From positions 21,700,001-21,764,000 of the forward strand of contig NC_043004.1 in assembly GCF_006345805.1 (NCBI RefSeq): a DNA stretch of 64,000 nt. The letters run 5' to 3'. The notes under the pieces were generated by a model. It ran no database searches. It was not told where the DNA came from and was given only the letters and a program-made list of their open reading frames with translations. A program made the position numbers and the translations under genes. Positions 52,328-64,000 of this stretch are shown here, in pieces (positions within the stretch are counted from its first letter, which is position 1; each line of letters opens with the position of its first letter). This DNA comes from Octopus sinensis (taxonomy: Eukaryota).

Positions 52328-55300
52328 ACTGAAAGAACAACAACAACAATTATTATTACAGCAATAGATCCTGCAATTAATGAGTAATAAATCGTCAAAA
52401 AATGCTGAAAAGAAGTTCTGCCCAGATTAGGTTGCAAACTCAATAACGGAATATAAGTATGAACCAGACGAATGAGTTACCTTTGAGGTGTACTAAAGAA
52501 GATACGAACAGATCTTCAATAAAGAGTGCAAAGATTAGGACGTCGATATGAAGACGCGTCTAATCTTGAGAAAAACTGGCAGCAGAACATGAGCGTTAAA
52601 CAATTCCGTACTCCCAAAAAACCTTCTGACATAAACTTTAAAGGTACAATAGGCATATTGTGTAAAGTCTTTAGCGAGAAAACCTCGTTGTTCAATACAC
52701 GCTGGAAATGTATGAACCTAGAAAAGAATCACGAAGAGGACTACATCACATATGCATGTTGAGTTAACAGAGAATGTGAAAAGTTCAAACTGGACGAAGG
52801 AACACCGCACATGTTCAAGTGCTTGATATTTACCCAGGGACTACCTGCAGAAAAAGACGCAGAAGTAAGAACAAGAATATTCGCTCAGCTGAAACAAAAC
52901 CGAGATGTAACCTCACAACAAGTGTCAGAAGCGTGGGAAAGCATAGTAAATCTTAAGATACAGCATAGAGAAAATTGAACATAATGATTGCTACCAAGTG
53001 AAACAAGGGCGAAATAGGCAGAATAGGAATCAAGTGTGAACTAAAATACAGTGCATACAGGGCAAAGTCAGGAAACACGCCTATGTTTTGCATGTGGAAG
53101 TCGACACCTGAGAAAAAATTGCCTATTTAAGAAAGTGGAATGTTTCCGGTATGGAAAAAATTAGACACAAAAGCGCACCGTTACACGAACATGACAAAAC
53201 GTTGGAACAAAGAAAAAAAGTAAATAAGATGTTATCGAAAGAAATGGTAATGTGACAAAGAGGATATTCGTAAATGTAAAAATTGTAAATATAAGAGTAA
53301 AAATGCTGTTAGATACTGGGAGTGATATTACCATTGTGAATGAGGAATCTTGGAAGTATATCAGTAAGCCAAAATTATATAAATCTACATAAGTAGCATA
53401 CGGTGTTACGAGTAAAAGATTATATTTTGTAGGTGAATTTGTGTGATGTGACATTTCCTGACAAAAGGAAAATGGTAAAATTAAATGTGTTAAGAAACTC
53501 AATAAATTTGTTCGGCACATAGTGGGTGGAACTGTTCCAGTTGTGGAACACACCCATAAGTGTTTTGTGTGAGAATATAGTCAGTTTAGTCGAAGGTTAG
53601 AATGCAAATGAGGCAGTGAAACGAAAAATGAAACATTTATTCCCAGATGTTTTCTTGGATGAACTGGGCTGCTGCACGAATACCAAGGGAAAAATGGTAG
53701 TAAAACAAAGTGGAACACTTGTATTTAAACCACAGCGTAATGTACCGTTCGCGCTGCTAGAAGAGATGAATAAGGAACTTGAAAGACTAGAAAGCCTAGG
53801 AGTAATCGAGAACACGGACCACTCAGAATTGGCAGTATCTATGGTGTACGTAAAAAGAAAAATAGTTACGAGTTTGTGCAGATTTTTCAACGGTTTTAAA
53901 CAATTGCTTCAGCTCACATAAGTACCTATTGCCGAGTCCTCGCAATGATGAATGGAGAGGAATTCTTCTCAAAATTAGCAGGCATAATACAAATCTAAGT
54001 ATAAAAAGCATGGTCTCACTTATTAGCCATTAATACACAAATTTAATATTCAAATTTAAGCAGTTTCCCTTCGTTCTAAAAGTGACTCCATCCATATTTT
54101 AACAAGTAGTGGATACAATGCTGGCAGACTGTGATTTTGCTATTGCCTATTTAGGCGATAGTGTAACAAAATGTGAATCACACGAACAATATATAGAACA
54201 CTTAAAAAGGGTATTCGGAAACATAAGAGAATACGGCTTTAAGCTAAGTGAAGAAAAATGCAAGTTCATTCTGAAAAAGATTAAATACTTGAGTCAGATA
54301 ATACATAAGAACAGACGAAACCGGATCCATCCAGAGAAACTGCGATGAAAAATATGTCCACATGGAAAAATGTGACTGTTACAAGCATTTTTGGAATTAG
54401 TAAAGTACTACCAAATGTATATTTCCAATATACACAATGTAAATGATTTATTAAGATGGAAAATGGTGCTGGACCGCTGAGTGTCAGAAGGCATTTGACA
54501 AATTGAAAAGCATTTCAGTATCGGACTTACCGTTAACGCATTTTGATACGAAGCTGGATATTAAATTGGCTTCAAATGCGAGTGATTACGCATGTAAGAG
54601 TAGTGACTCTGCAGAAATATGATGATCGGAGTATAACTGCTATAGCCCATGCGTTACGATCGTTATTACCATCAGAAAGGAAATATAGCCTAATGCAAAA
54701 GGAAGCATTAGCTTCCATAATTTACTCATGGAAGCGGTTTCCGTCTACAAATGTATCATCGTCCACAACTGTCGGTATATGTTTCTAAAAAAAGGAATAC
54801 CAACACACACAGCTAATAGGCTGCAGCGTAACCACATTATTGAATCATAATTTCAAACTGGAATATTTACTATCAACGAAACTAGGGCATGCGATTGGTT
54901 TGTCCAGACCGATACCGAAACACTGCGAGCCATCCGAAAATACGGAAATTGCAGCATTAAGATCAGGGGAAGAAATAAAAAAAATGTAATATGGAATGTG
55001 GTATGCGAATTACCGGTGACCCTAGAAGGCATAAAACGAAATGCGGAAAAGAACAAATTCATAACAGAAATGAAAAGAATACTGTGGACAGCAAAAGTAA
55101 ATAGGAACAGAAATGATGCAAAACGAAATCAAGGCGTGAACCTATAGAATTTGTGATGACGTGTTGATGTATGTACAAAGAGTAGTAATACCTGAAACAC
55201 TGCAAAAGAAACTGTAGAGATGTGGGACATCCTGGTATTTCGAGGATGAAAGTTTTATAGCGTAGCTATTGTACTGGCCAAAAATGGATAGGGAAATTGA

Positions 55301-55470
55301 AAGTTTAGTTAAAGGTTGCTGAGTATGTGCTCTAACAGCAAAATTACCGATAAAGGAAAGTGAGCCTTGGCCAAAAGTAGGTGTTCCGTAATCGAGATTA
55401 CACGTTGATTTCGCTGGTCCCTCAAACGATTCATACTACTTAGTGTTAGTAGATAATTTCTCTAAATGGC

Positions 55471-55740
55471 CGGGTGATCGAAACCTCTCAAAAACCACCT
55501 CAATTATTTGTGGCAGTCACCAAGCAGCTGGGGCTGAAGGCTTCTTCATGACATTTACAAGCGATACTGTCTGCGAGCTGAGAAAATGCGTGAATAATTC
55601 GACAGGGGATATGATATGGTTCCATTGAGCTACTGACCTCTTCTGGTGACCTAGACACCATTTTATTCCAACTTACTCAAGTACGACAAACTTTGTACAT
55701 GAGCTGTTTGTGGGATTTGGCTCCCAGACCCTATAACGGC
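55471..55740 (-). mobile_element. Tc1 transposase fragment inside the Gypsy integrase
   Basis: About 85% identical by eye to 57983-58175; reads KWCLGHQKRSVAQWNHI. Confidence 0.8.
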
Positions 55741-56490
55741 TGATAATAGAACGCAATTTGTGTTTTTTGACTTTAAAATTTTTGTAAAATGTTCGCCATA
55801 CCATCTCAGATCTAACGGACAAACGGAAAGCTTTGTCGATATGATGAAGAGAGCCTTAAGAAAGTCGAATAAGAAATTGACGGATGAGGTTGTTCTACAA
55901 AACTTCCAAAGATTATACTGTGTGACACCAAATCCAAACACACCAGCAGGTATGTCACAAGCGGAGCTGATGTTTGCGAGGAAAATAAGATCATTCTTCG
56001 ACAAATTGCAGCAGCCTAGTAAGAAAAGACATTGAAATGGATAGTAGAGCAAGATATTTCAAAATTGGTTAGAAATTGATTTTTAGGGCATATAAGAACG
56101 GAAAACAAAGTTGAGAAGACGGCGTGATTACAAAACGCATAGGAAAAATGCTATACTTGATATAAAGAAAATAGGTATACAAGAGACACATTAATCAACT
56201 AAAAACAGATTCGTTGAGAGTGAACCGAAGAGAATAGAAAAACCAATGGAATGGTTATATAATACTTTGCAAGTAACAACACCTCTACAAATAATTGAAC
56301 CAAAACGAACAAGCGAAAGATAAAGAAAATGTACGGAGTTCCTGGAAGTGGATGCCAAACGAAAAAATATTTAATTTGTAACTGTATGAAAAATAAAACT
56401 CAAAAAATGTATGCGGGGTGATGTAAATATCTTTTGTTAATAAAAAGAAATAAAATTACACTCCTTAAGAAAAAAAATTAAAGGTGGGGA

Positions 56491-56692
56491 TATTATGGGA
56501 ATAATAATAATGGAACACCCATCCCAGTGTGGTATGTCATAGTTCCCAGAGTGGTGTGTCATAGTTGTTACAATACAAACACTGTGACGTAGGAAGGTGA
56601 ATTGTCTAGAAGTAGGTGAAGTCTGTCATAGATAGTCATGTCTTTACTTGTCTAACTAACAATGCTGCTATACCGGAGTGGACGTTACAACA
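56491..56692 (+). repeat. 3' LTR (diverged)
   Basis: Follows the PPT, starts tattatg, ends acaaca; shared blocks with the 5' LTR. Confidence 0.7.
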
Positions 56693-56787
56693 GTCCGACG
56701 TTGAATTACAAAAATATATATAGTCAATTCAAAGAGCAAACAATTAAAACTATATATGTGTGTGGGCGTGTGTTTGTGTGTAGGTAA

Positions 56788-56835
<48 letters not shown>

Positions 56836-56859
56836 GTGCGCGCGCGTGTGTGTATTTGT

Positions 56860-57000
56860 ACATAATGCGGGTTTCTTTTAGTTTCTATCTACCAAATCTA
56901 CTCAGAGGGCTATAGTAAAAGAGATTCACCCAGGGTACAACGTAACGGAACAGAACCTGAAACAATGCGGTTAGAAAGTAGACTTCTTACCACGCGACCG
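56860..57000 (-). mobile_element. SINE 5' half, diverged
   Basis: Reverse complement of the ...ttggtagacgggaactgaaagaaacccg head region seen at 29515-29686. Confidence 0.55.
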
Positions 57001-57574
57001 AAAGAAACGAGCATAAAATGCTTGGAATGTAGTTAGGGCAATTCAAGTTTTATTAATCTATTTCTCTGTTGAGAAGCAGACAAGATTTGTCTTAAGACAC
57101 ATAGAGGCTTGCCAAAGTAGGGAGAGCAGTGAGCGTAACCCGTGAGCAGATATTTTTAAACTTCAGGGAGATATCAAGATAGGTACACAAGGAATAAGAA
57201 GTGGTTGCGTTTTTAAACCAATGGACATATACCAACACAGAAAATATCATTCACAGCCTACACAGAAATGTTATAAATCCCAAAACAGCACATTAAACTA
57301 ATAAGTGTATTTAACGTATTAACTCCGTTTAAGTTTTATTTGTCATGAATATTAAAATTCAATATTTATTCGTCATCTAATCTAATATTTACCTGATTCT
57401 ATTAAAAATATATTGACATTTAGCGGATAAAAGCGTAATGATTACATGTGTATATTTATGTAAGCATGCCTGTATGTATATATATGGTTACACACACACA
57501 CACACACAAATAGTGAAAGTTACGGCATTACATATTTCCCCTTTTTGTTCTTTAATTACATACGGTTCTGATTC

Positions 57575-57735
57575 ATTCAGCACTCGTGCTCAATTGGTAA
57601 TTATTTTATCAATCCCGAAATGATGAAAAGCACACTTGATCTCGGTTGAATTTGAATTCACAAATCAAATGACTGACAGAATACTGCTAAGCATTTTCCC
57701 CAGCGTGCTAACGATCCTGCTAGCTCAACACGTTA
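57575..57735 (-). mobile_element. Diverged SINE copy (23636 family)
   Basis: cgtgctaacgatcctgctagctc is a diverged reverse complement of the family head. Confidence 0.65.
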
Positions 57736-57789
57736 AATGATTTCGTAATATAAAAACATATTAGCTGTACACAAGTCTTGCTACTTATG

Positions 57790-58584
57790 CCAATTTTGAA
57801 TTATATATACCATGTGGATTGCATGTTTTCCTCCTGGAGCAATGTTCTCGTCCAGAGAACAATGTTATTACCAGAGGATGGGAACGATCAGCCAAAATAC
57901 TCTGTCGTCTTTCATTTGTTCTACATGACATTATCTCTGCCATGTAGAACAGTTAAAAGAACCAAGAAAATTCTGTGATATGGGTGATCGAATCATCTCA
58001 AAAACCACCTCACTGATTCGTGGCAGGCACCAAGCAGCTGGGGCTGAAGGCTTCCTCATGACATCTCTGAGCAATACTTTCTGCGAATTGAGAAAATGGG
58101 TGAATAATTCAACAGAGGACATGATATTGTTCCATTGAGCTATTGACCTCTTCTGGTGGTTTAGGCACCATTTTGTTCCGCCTATCAATATTGATGGGAG
58201 ACAAAAGGAATTAGGGTATCGCAGCTCTGTTATAGTTTTCAAATGTATCGAGCTTACGCCGGACGGTTTTGTTTGATGTGCCGCTGGCAAGAGAGTGGTT
58301 TTGTTCTGCTTTCAATTTTGTTATCATACGTCGATGGTAACAATTCATTTCCTTTTTCTATGGTCCGTCTTTGCGATATTCTCTTTCTGTCCAGAATAAT
58401 GCTTGCCTGGGATGGTCTTGCCTTAGTCTTCGAATGCTAACATGATTTTAGAAATTTTCTTTCTAAATTATTAAACGCGCGAGCACACACTTACAAACAC
58501 GTATACACGTACTAGAACAGTTCGGAATTTATCATTTTGACGATAGTAAAAACCAGTCAGATAAAAAGGAATTTTCCAACCCCT
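57790..58584 (-). mobile_element. Tc1-type transposon, 3' truncated
   Basis: TA|caggggttggaaaa terminus at 58584; GKTIPGKHYSG, KWCLNHQKRSIAQW, ISQNFLG, VLHGRDN, ILADRSHPLV, LQEEN (FQDDN-like). Confidence 0.8.
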
Positions 58585-59331
58585 GTATATAAATAGGCAC
58601 GCATATACAAAAACACGCAGGTATGCACATACACACATGCATCTAGCTCTTGGAAGTATTAATACCCTATACATTTCGATGAAATGTATTCTAGTTTTTG
58701 CCCTTTTGCTCCAGGTGTGATGAACTTTCCTTCAGAAAAAGCTGCGATCGAACTTTTTCCGATTGTGTATATCGCATTATGAGAAAGAAGTGTGTGATTT
58801 GACGGATATTACACAGCCATTTTCTGATGGTCAAGCGATGACTTCGAAGCTACGTTACTTGATTATTATTTTTTTTTAATTATCTACTGGAGCTTACTTA
58901 TTTCAACACTAAGAGGCAATTATATATATCTTCTGCTAATTACAGATAGCTTTGAGCTGTAAGATCAGCATCATATTTCAGTTAATTAGTTATATTAAAA
59001 TATGTTAGTGTGTAGCGATAATGTTTTATATTGTGAATATGTACAACGTCTGGCTTCAATGGCTACTTTAGAGGCAGCAACGGTGCAGCTAATTTAGAAT
59101 TATAACACAGATTGACTGATCATTTATTTCTTTCATAAGCAAAGGACATCATATAAAAAGTTGCTGGTTAGATTTGTGATTACGTATGTAGGGTGAGTAT
59201 TGGCTGTTTTAGTTGTAATTGTATCTAATGTATATTCGCTCTGTCACTTAATATTTCCATCATATTTCATCGTCATATATTTAAATAAAGATCCAGAAAC
59301 AGTGAAGGGAGGAATAGATAGATTGATAGAA

Positions 59332-59367
<36 letters not shown>

Positions 59368-59517
59368 GGAGAGAACATATAAACGAAGGTTTTAAATATC
59401 AGTTGGCACGTCTATAGATACAACCTACCGTTTTGAGTTAGTTATCAACGCCAAACACGCACACACGCACATATACACATATGCACATACACACATACAT
59501 CCATATAGATATTTATA

Positions 59518-60031
59518 CTAGCAGTATCGCCCGGCGTTGCTCGGGTTTGTAAGGGAAATAACTATATAAGCATTTTTAGAGAGTTACTTCCTTTATAGAT
59601 GCCAATTCGGGCTTTCTTAGCCATTTCTGTTTTGGTGTCTTCAAGCCATGAAGTCGTTGTTCTAAAAGAACGCTGGTCTCCTTGACAACGCATTACGACG
59701 TTGATTTCCTTAAACTCCCTTCCCCACAGCTTCACGATGGAGGGAAGAAGGGGGAGAAGCAAACAGGTGCAGGTGTGACCATGGACGCACAACTCCGCCG
59801 CCATCGACACACGAAAAATTATGCATTAAAATGGAATAAAAAATTATGTTAAATTATTTTTAAAATCGTAGACTCATCGTAGACGCGCGATAATAGCCAG
59901 ACGCGCTCGATATTAATCACGACTATAAGATACTCGAATTTGGTTAAACTGCACCGCAAAATGTGGGAGGAGTTAGGAATCTAAATCGTAGGAGACAGAC
60001 ACTCACACAACTACAGTTTTATATATATAGA
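59518..60031 (-). mobile_element. Complete non-autonomous Helitron (514 bp)
   Basis: 5' TC at 60031-60030, 3' hairpin cccgagcaacgccggg, then CTAG at 59521-59518; inserted between A and T, no TSD. Confidence 0.88.
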
Positions 60032-60517
60032 TATACAGATATATATATGCACATATATATATATATACAAATATATATATACACATATATACATATATAA
60101 ATATACACACATACACATGTATTTATGTATACATGAACATAAATATGGTTGTGCTTCTTCAGTATGACTGAGAGCCTGTGGAGAGAGTGAGGAAGATATT
60201 TAAATATGATATATGTCAAAAAATACTGCATTGCCAACACTGTACGTAGTTTAAAGGTATAACGAAGGCGTTTTAAATACTGTTTTGTTTTAAGGTTGGT
60301 ACCAATGTTCCTCTAGTGTTACATAAGTTTTATAAAATAGCAACTGGCATTAACAGACACATTCCTAGAAACCCTGGTCGTTGGAAGCTTCATAATGTGG
60401 CCAGTTCATCCGTGCTGCGTTGCCCATACTCACTTAACATAATAAGTATGGTACTGGGTAATTCTGAAGGTGGACGAGGTTTATACTGTACTCAACCACG
60501 TTCCTAACGGAATATAA

Positions 60518-60555
<38 letters not shown>

Positions 60556-61765
60556 TACATACGTGCACAGAACTACACACATACACACATACATATTGCT
60601 TGACTTCGGTAATTATGACTCAAAATAAGATATATAAACAAAGCTGTCACGAAATTCACTCAATTCAAAATACTGGCATGTAATTTAACCAACTTATGCC
60701 AATAATGTAGACTTTATATATTATAATTATCCCTGGAAGAAAGACTATTATGCATAAATATATATTACACAGAGATAGTGGAAAAACAAAGGTTTATCAA
60801 ATAGCTTTAACTGTATAGAAATCAAACATTCTTTTGAAGAAGAAATAGTTGTAAAGGAAACAAAGGTTTGTGAAAATAAAGAAACCGTTCCTTATGCTTT
60901 CTGTACATTGTAACGCTGCTAAAAGATAAACTCTTTATATAATAAATTAGAGCTACTGTTGCAAGAACATAGTACGCACACTGTAGACCTTCACCCCCAA
61001 AATTTGAAGGGAAATACTGAATGAGCAATTGAAATGTTTTCAACTATTCCGTGGAACACAGGGAAATGATGAACCTGATTATTTCTTCAACACAATTTTA
61101 GAGCAAAGTGGGAACCAAATGGTATATGAGTATAAAGGCTGAGTGGTTAATATCAGTAACAAATGAAATTAAGCTAAGCTGAGCAACTGGTTAAAACGGT
61201 TTTCTAGCAATTCCCTCAAAATCAATTAGGAAAATGAATAAAGATATAATTTTCAAATTTTCTTTCCGAGTGAAATACACCCCCATGTAAAAGAAAAAAA
61301 CGGTATAATATGCACCAGTCATAAAGGAAGATAATAAATTTTTAAAATCCTTCTTTCTGACTCCACATGTTATCTGAGTCATGGGGCAAATCAAAATAGA
61401 ACCGCTCACATTCGCTAAAGAAAGTTATTTATTTGTTAACTAATAGTCAGCTCGGTTTCTGTCTTAGAAGAAATTGTTTCACACAGCTTCTACGGCATTT
61501 CAATAGGCTTTTAAGCTACCACTTATATTTTCTGATATGGACGTGACATATCAGTTTGGGGAAAGCTTCCATAAAGTTAACCATTCTATAATGTAAGAGA
61601 AATTGCGTAAGTCAACCAACTACACGAGTGTTGTAGAAAGAGCAGCATCAGTAACGGTCATGCCCAAGTGTAACTACAGCCATTAATCTAAGTTTCTCTT
61701 TCTCTTTCTCTCTCCTTCTTCCTCCTCTCTCTCTCTTTCACACACCCATATATGTATATATATAT

Positions 61766-61844
<79 letters not shown>

Positions 61845-62507
61845 TAAAGGCTAAATATTACAACTTTGGATTTGATATACAAAATATACATAAGTGTGTA
61901 TACAAACATACAGAAAGAAAGTAAAAACTGAAGACTTTCAGACGATGAATATTTAAGAATAATATACATATATTTATATGTTAATAGTTCAAACTAGGCA
62001 GAGTACAAACGACAGAGAGAATTAAAGGGGAGGAAGTAAGGTGTTATACGCCCAAAAACTGTTTCTGAGGACCCGAAGACCCATCATAATATTGGTACAT
62101 GTAGCTCACCAAAATATGCAGCCAGTAAATAATAATCAGATAAATCGTGCCTCCATCATCAGGATAGAAGAAATTCTTACATTTTTGTACACCAAACCCG
62201 GTTTGTTATAATTTATTTGTTTATCTGCATAATTGTCTCCGTCTCCACTAACTTGGATTCCTGTTACAGTCACTCTTCACCCCGCGAAATTGGTCACTCG
62301 CAAAAGAATTCAGAGTCTAAGTTCGATCATTTTAACCCCAGAAAATGCTTTCTATACCGAGAATCACTGGATCTCATCTTGACTATACATATATATATAT
62401 ACAAATGTATGTATATATACACAAATATATGTATGTATACAAACACAAATATATGTATGTATGTATGAATGTATGTATGTATACCAACGTACATACTGAG
62501 GACTTAC

Positions 62508-62519
62508 TTCCAACGATGA
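62508..62519 (-). other. Candidate 12-nt microexon
   Basis: tttaaattgttttttcactatttcag|TCATCGTTGGAA|gtaagt on the minus strand. Confidence 0.3.
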
Positions 62520-63126
62520 CTGAAATAGTGAAAAAACAATTTAAATTATCTGGCTTCCAATTTTCTTTCACAAAAATGGTGAAATCACATTTTTATTGTC
62601 CATTCGGTGATTTACTTATTAGCACCAATGAGCACGTTATTGGAAGCAATATTTCTTTACCAGAGTGTAGCACCTTTACCTATGTCTTTTAAACAACTGA
62701 TTTTTATCAGGAAAAGTATTTACTTACTCTAACGAAGCTGAAAATGTAAATGTTATATTTTTTTCTGTATAATTCTCATTAACTTTTTATGGACATTTTA
62801 AGTTACTGAGTTAGCAACATCAAATACATCGCGAATAAAAGAATCTTAGACATTATTAGTTAAAAATGGAAATGCTATCAGCAGAAATCTCCATGATAAA
62901 CTGTAATAAAGATACAGACAGACAGTTTCTGAAATAACTGCTATTATAAGGCAATATATCAACCAGCACTGCTTTATCGAATTCGCTTACATTTAATTAA
63001 ATCCAGTGAATCATTACATTTTTAGCATACTCACACTAATGGATACACACAAGTGCATGTATACACACGAACACACACATATACATGCATACATACATAC
63101 GTATAGACATACATATTCACACACGC

Positions 63127-63192
<66 letters not shown>

Positions 63193-63894
63193 ATTTATGT
63201 ATATATCTGTGTTTGTGTTTCTCTGTGTTTCTAACAAATGCGCTTCTATGCTTAATTCGGTGTACAATCGATTTTAAGTGCATCTCATCAAATTAATACA
63301 TACCTGAATGAATCTATTCTTTATTTTGCAAATTCAGTGTTTGCTTTTTAATTTATCTTTTTAAAATTCAATTCCTCCAACTTGAAATCGATAAAATCAT
63401 TATTTTGTTCTTCAATCATACATGTTTTGAAATTATAGCTTTATGTTTATAAATGTGAATAAAATATGTAAATCAAAGTTCCCTACTAATAAGGTTAGAG
63501 GACGTTTCTCTAGTTATTGTATCCACTGGACTTCAGAACAGTAAAATTACAAAGTATCTAACAAAAAATAATAAAAATAAAGAAAGCGATAAATAAATTA
63601 TGCAAAACTGTTCTTCAAAAGAAATTTGGAAAATCGAATTTTCATAAAGTTTTCTGTCTTTTTATTATATTCATCATCCCTGTCCCATATCTGGGTGCAG
63701 TATTCCATTGTGCTTTTGATTTATAACAGCTGTCGGTATTTTCCTGCTCTGTGCAGGGAAAGCGGCTTTTTTGTCTGGTATACTGAATAAGTGCCTTCAC
63801 CAAATCAAATTTTTAGTGGTACCAATACCTGACATTCGATATGGTCTTCATGAGAATTATTGTTGAGTAAAGGTGTAGGGAGATAAAAAAAATA

Positions 63895-64000
63895 TTTACT
63901 TGTTTCAGTCATTTGAGTGCAGCTATGCTGGGGTACAACTTTGAAGAATTTTTAGTCGAATGTATCGACCCAAGTACTTATTTTTTTAAATAACCCTGGT
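63895..64000 (-). mobile_element. SINE 3' end
   Basis: ttgtttcagtcatttgagtgcagctatgctgggg is a diverged reverse complement of the ccagcatggccgcagtcaaatgactgaaac tail. Confidence 0.7.

Larger units (their letters stand above)
52193..56692 (+). mobile_element. Decayed Ty3/Gypsy LTR retrotransposon (Mag-like)
   Basis: gag (KTSLFNTRWKCMNL, knuckle CFACGSRHLRKNC), protease LLDTGSD, RT (DTMLADCDFAIAYLGD, YGFKLSEEKCKF), RNase H (RSLLPSERKYS), integrase (LHVDFAGP, PYHLRSNGQTE) in Gypsy order; polypurine tract ~56468-56490. Confidence 0.9.

Noticed and set aside
57868-57951. Hammerhead-like cagagga...cagccaaaa and an 11-bp perfect hairpin at 57917-57951
   Set aside because: The minus strand here is continuous Tc1 transposase sequence (VLHGRDN, ILADRSHPLV), the ribozyme core is wrong at two positions, and the hairpin has no independent support.
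61532-61554. 8-bp perfect hairpin (another at ~42088-42110)
   Set aside because: Stems this short and AT-rich are expected by chance in 64 kb.

Overview
Eukaryotic, AT-rich, repeat-dense genomic DNA. It is most likely an octopus (coleoid cephalopod); this is inferred from the look of its SINE families, not from a search. I recognise no intact host protein-coding gene, and nearly all listed ORFs are microsatellite read-throughs or broken transposon ORFs. Supported content: a near full-length but disrupted Tx1/L1-type LINE sitting in a (TATC)n array (about 32.9-39.2 kb); a decayed Ty3/Gypsy LTR element (52.2-56.7 kb); R4/Dong-type RLE LINE fragments at (TAA)n repeats; RTE LINE fragments; mariner, maT (DD37D) and Tc1 remnants; a MITE; Helitron pieces; and many tRNA-derived SINEs, several with readable target-site duplications (TSDs). 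The most striking structure is at 14333-15518. Two copies of a small tRNA-headed element carrying a Penelope-type minimal hammerhead ribozyme lie head to head inside one 14-bp TSD, and a later TSD-flanked insertion interrupts one arm. A few weak splice-signal candidates on the minus strand suggest part of the window may be intronic. All alignments and folds were done by eye.
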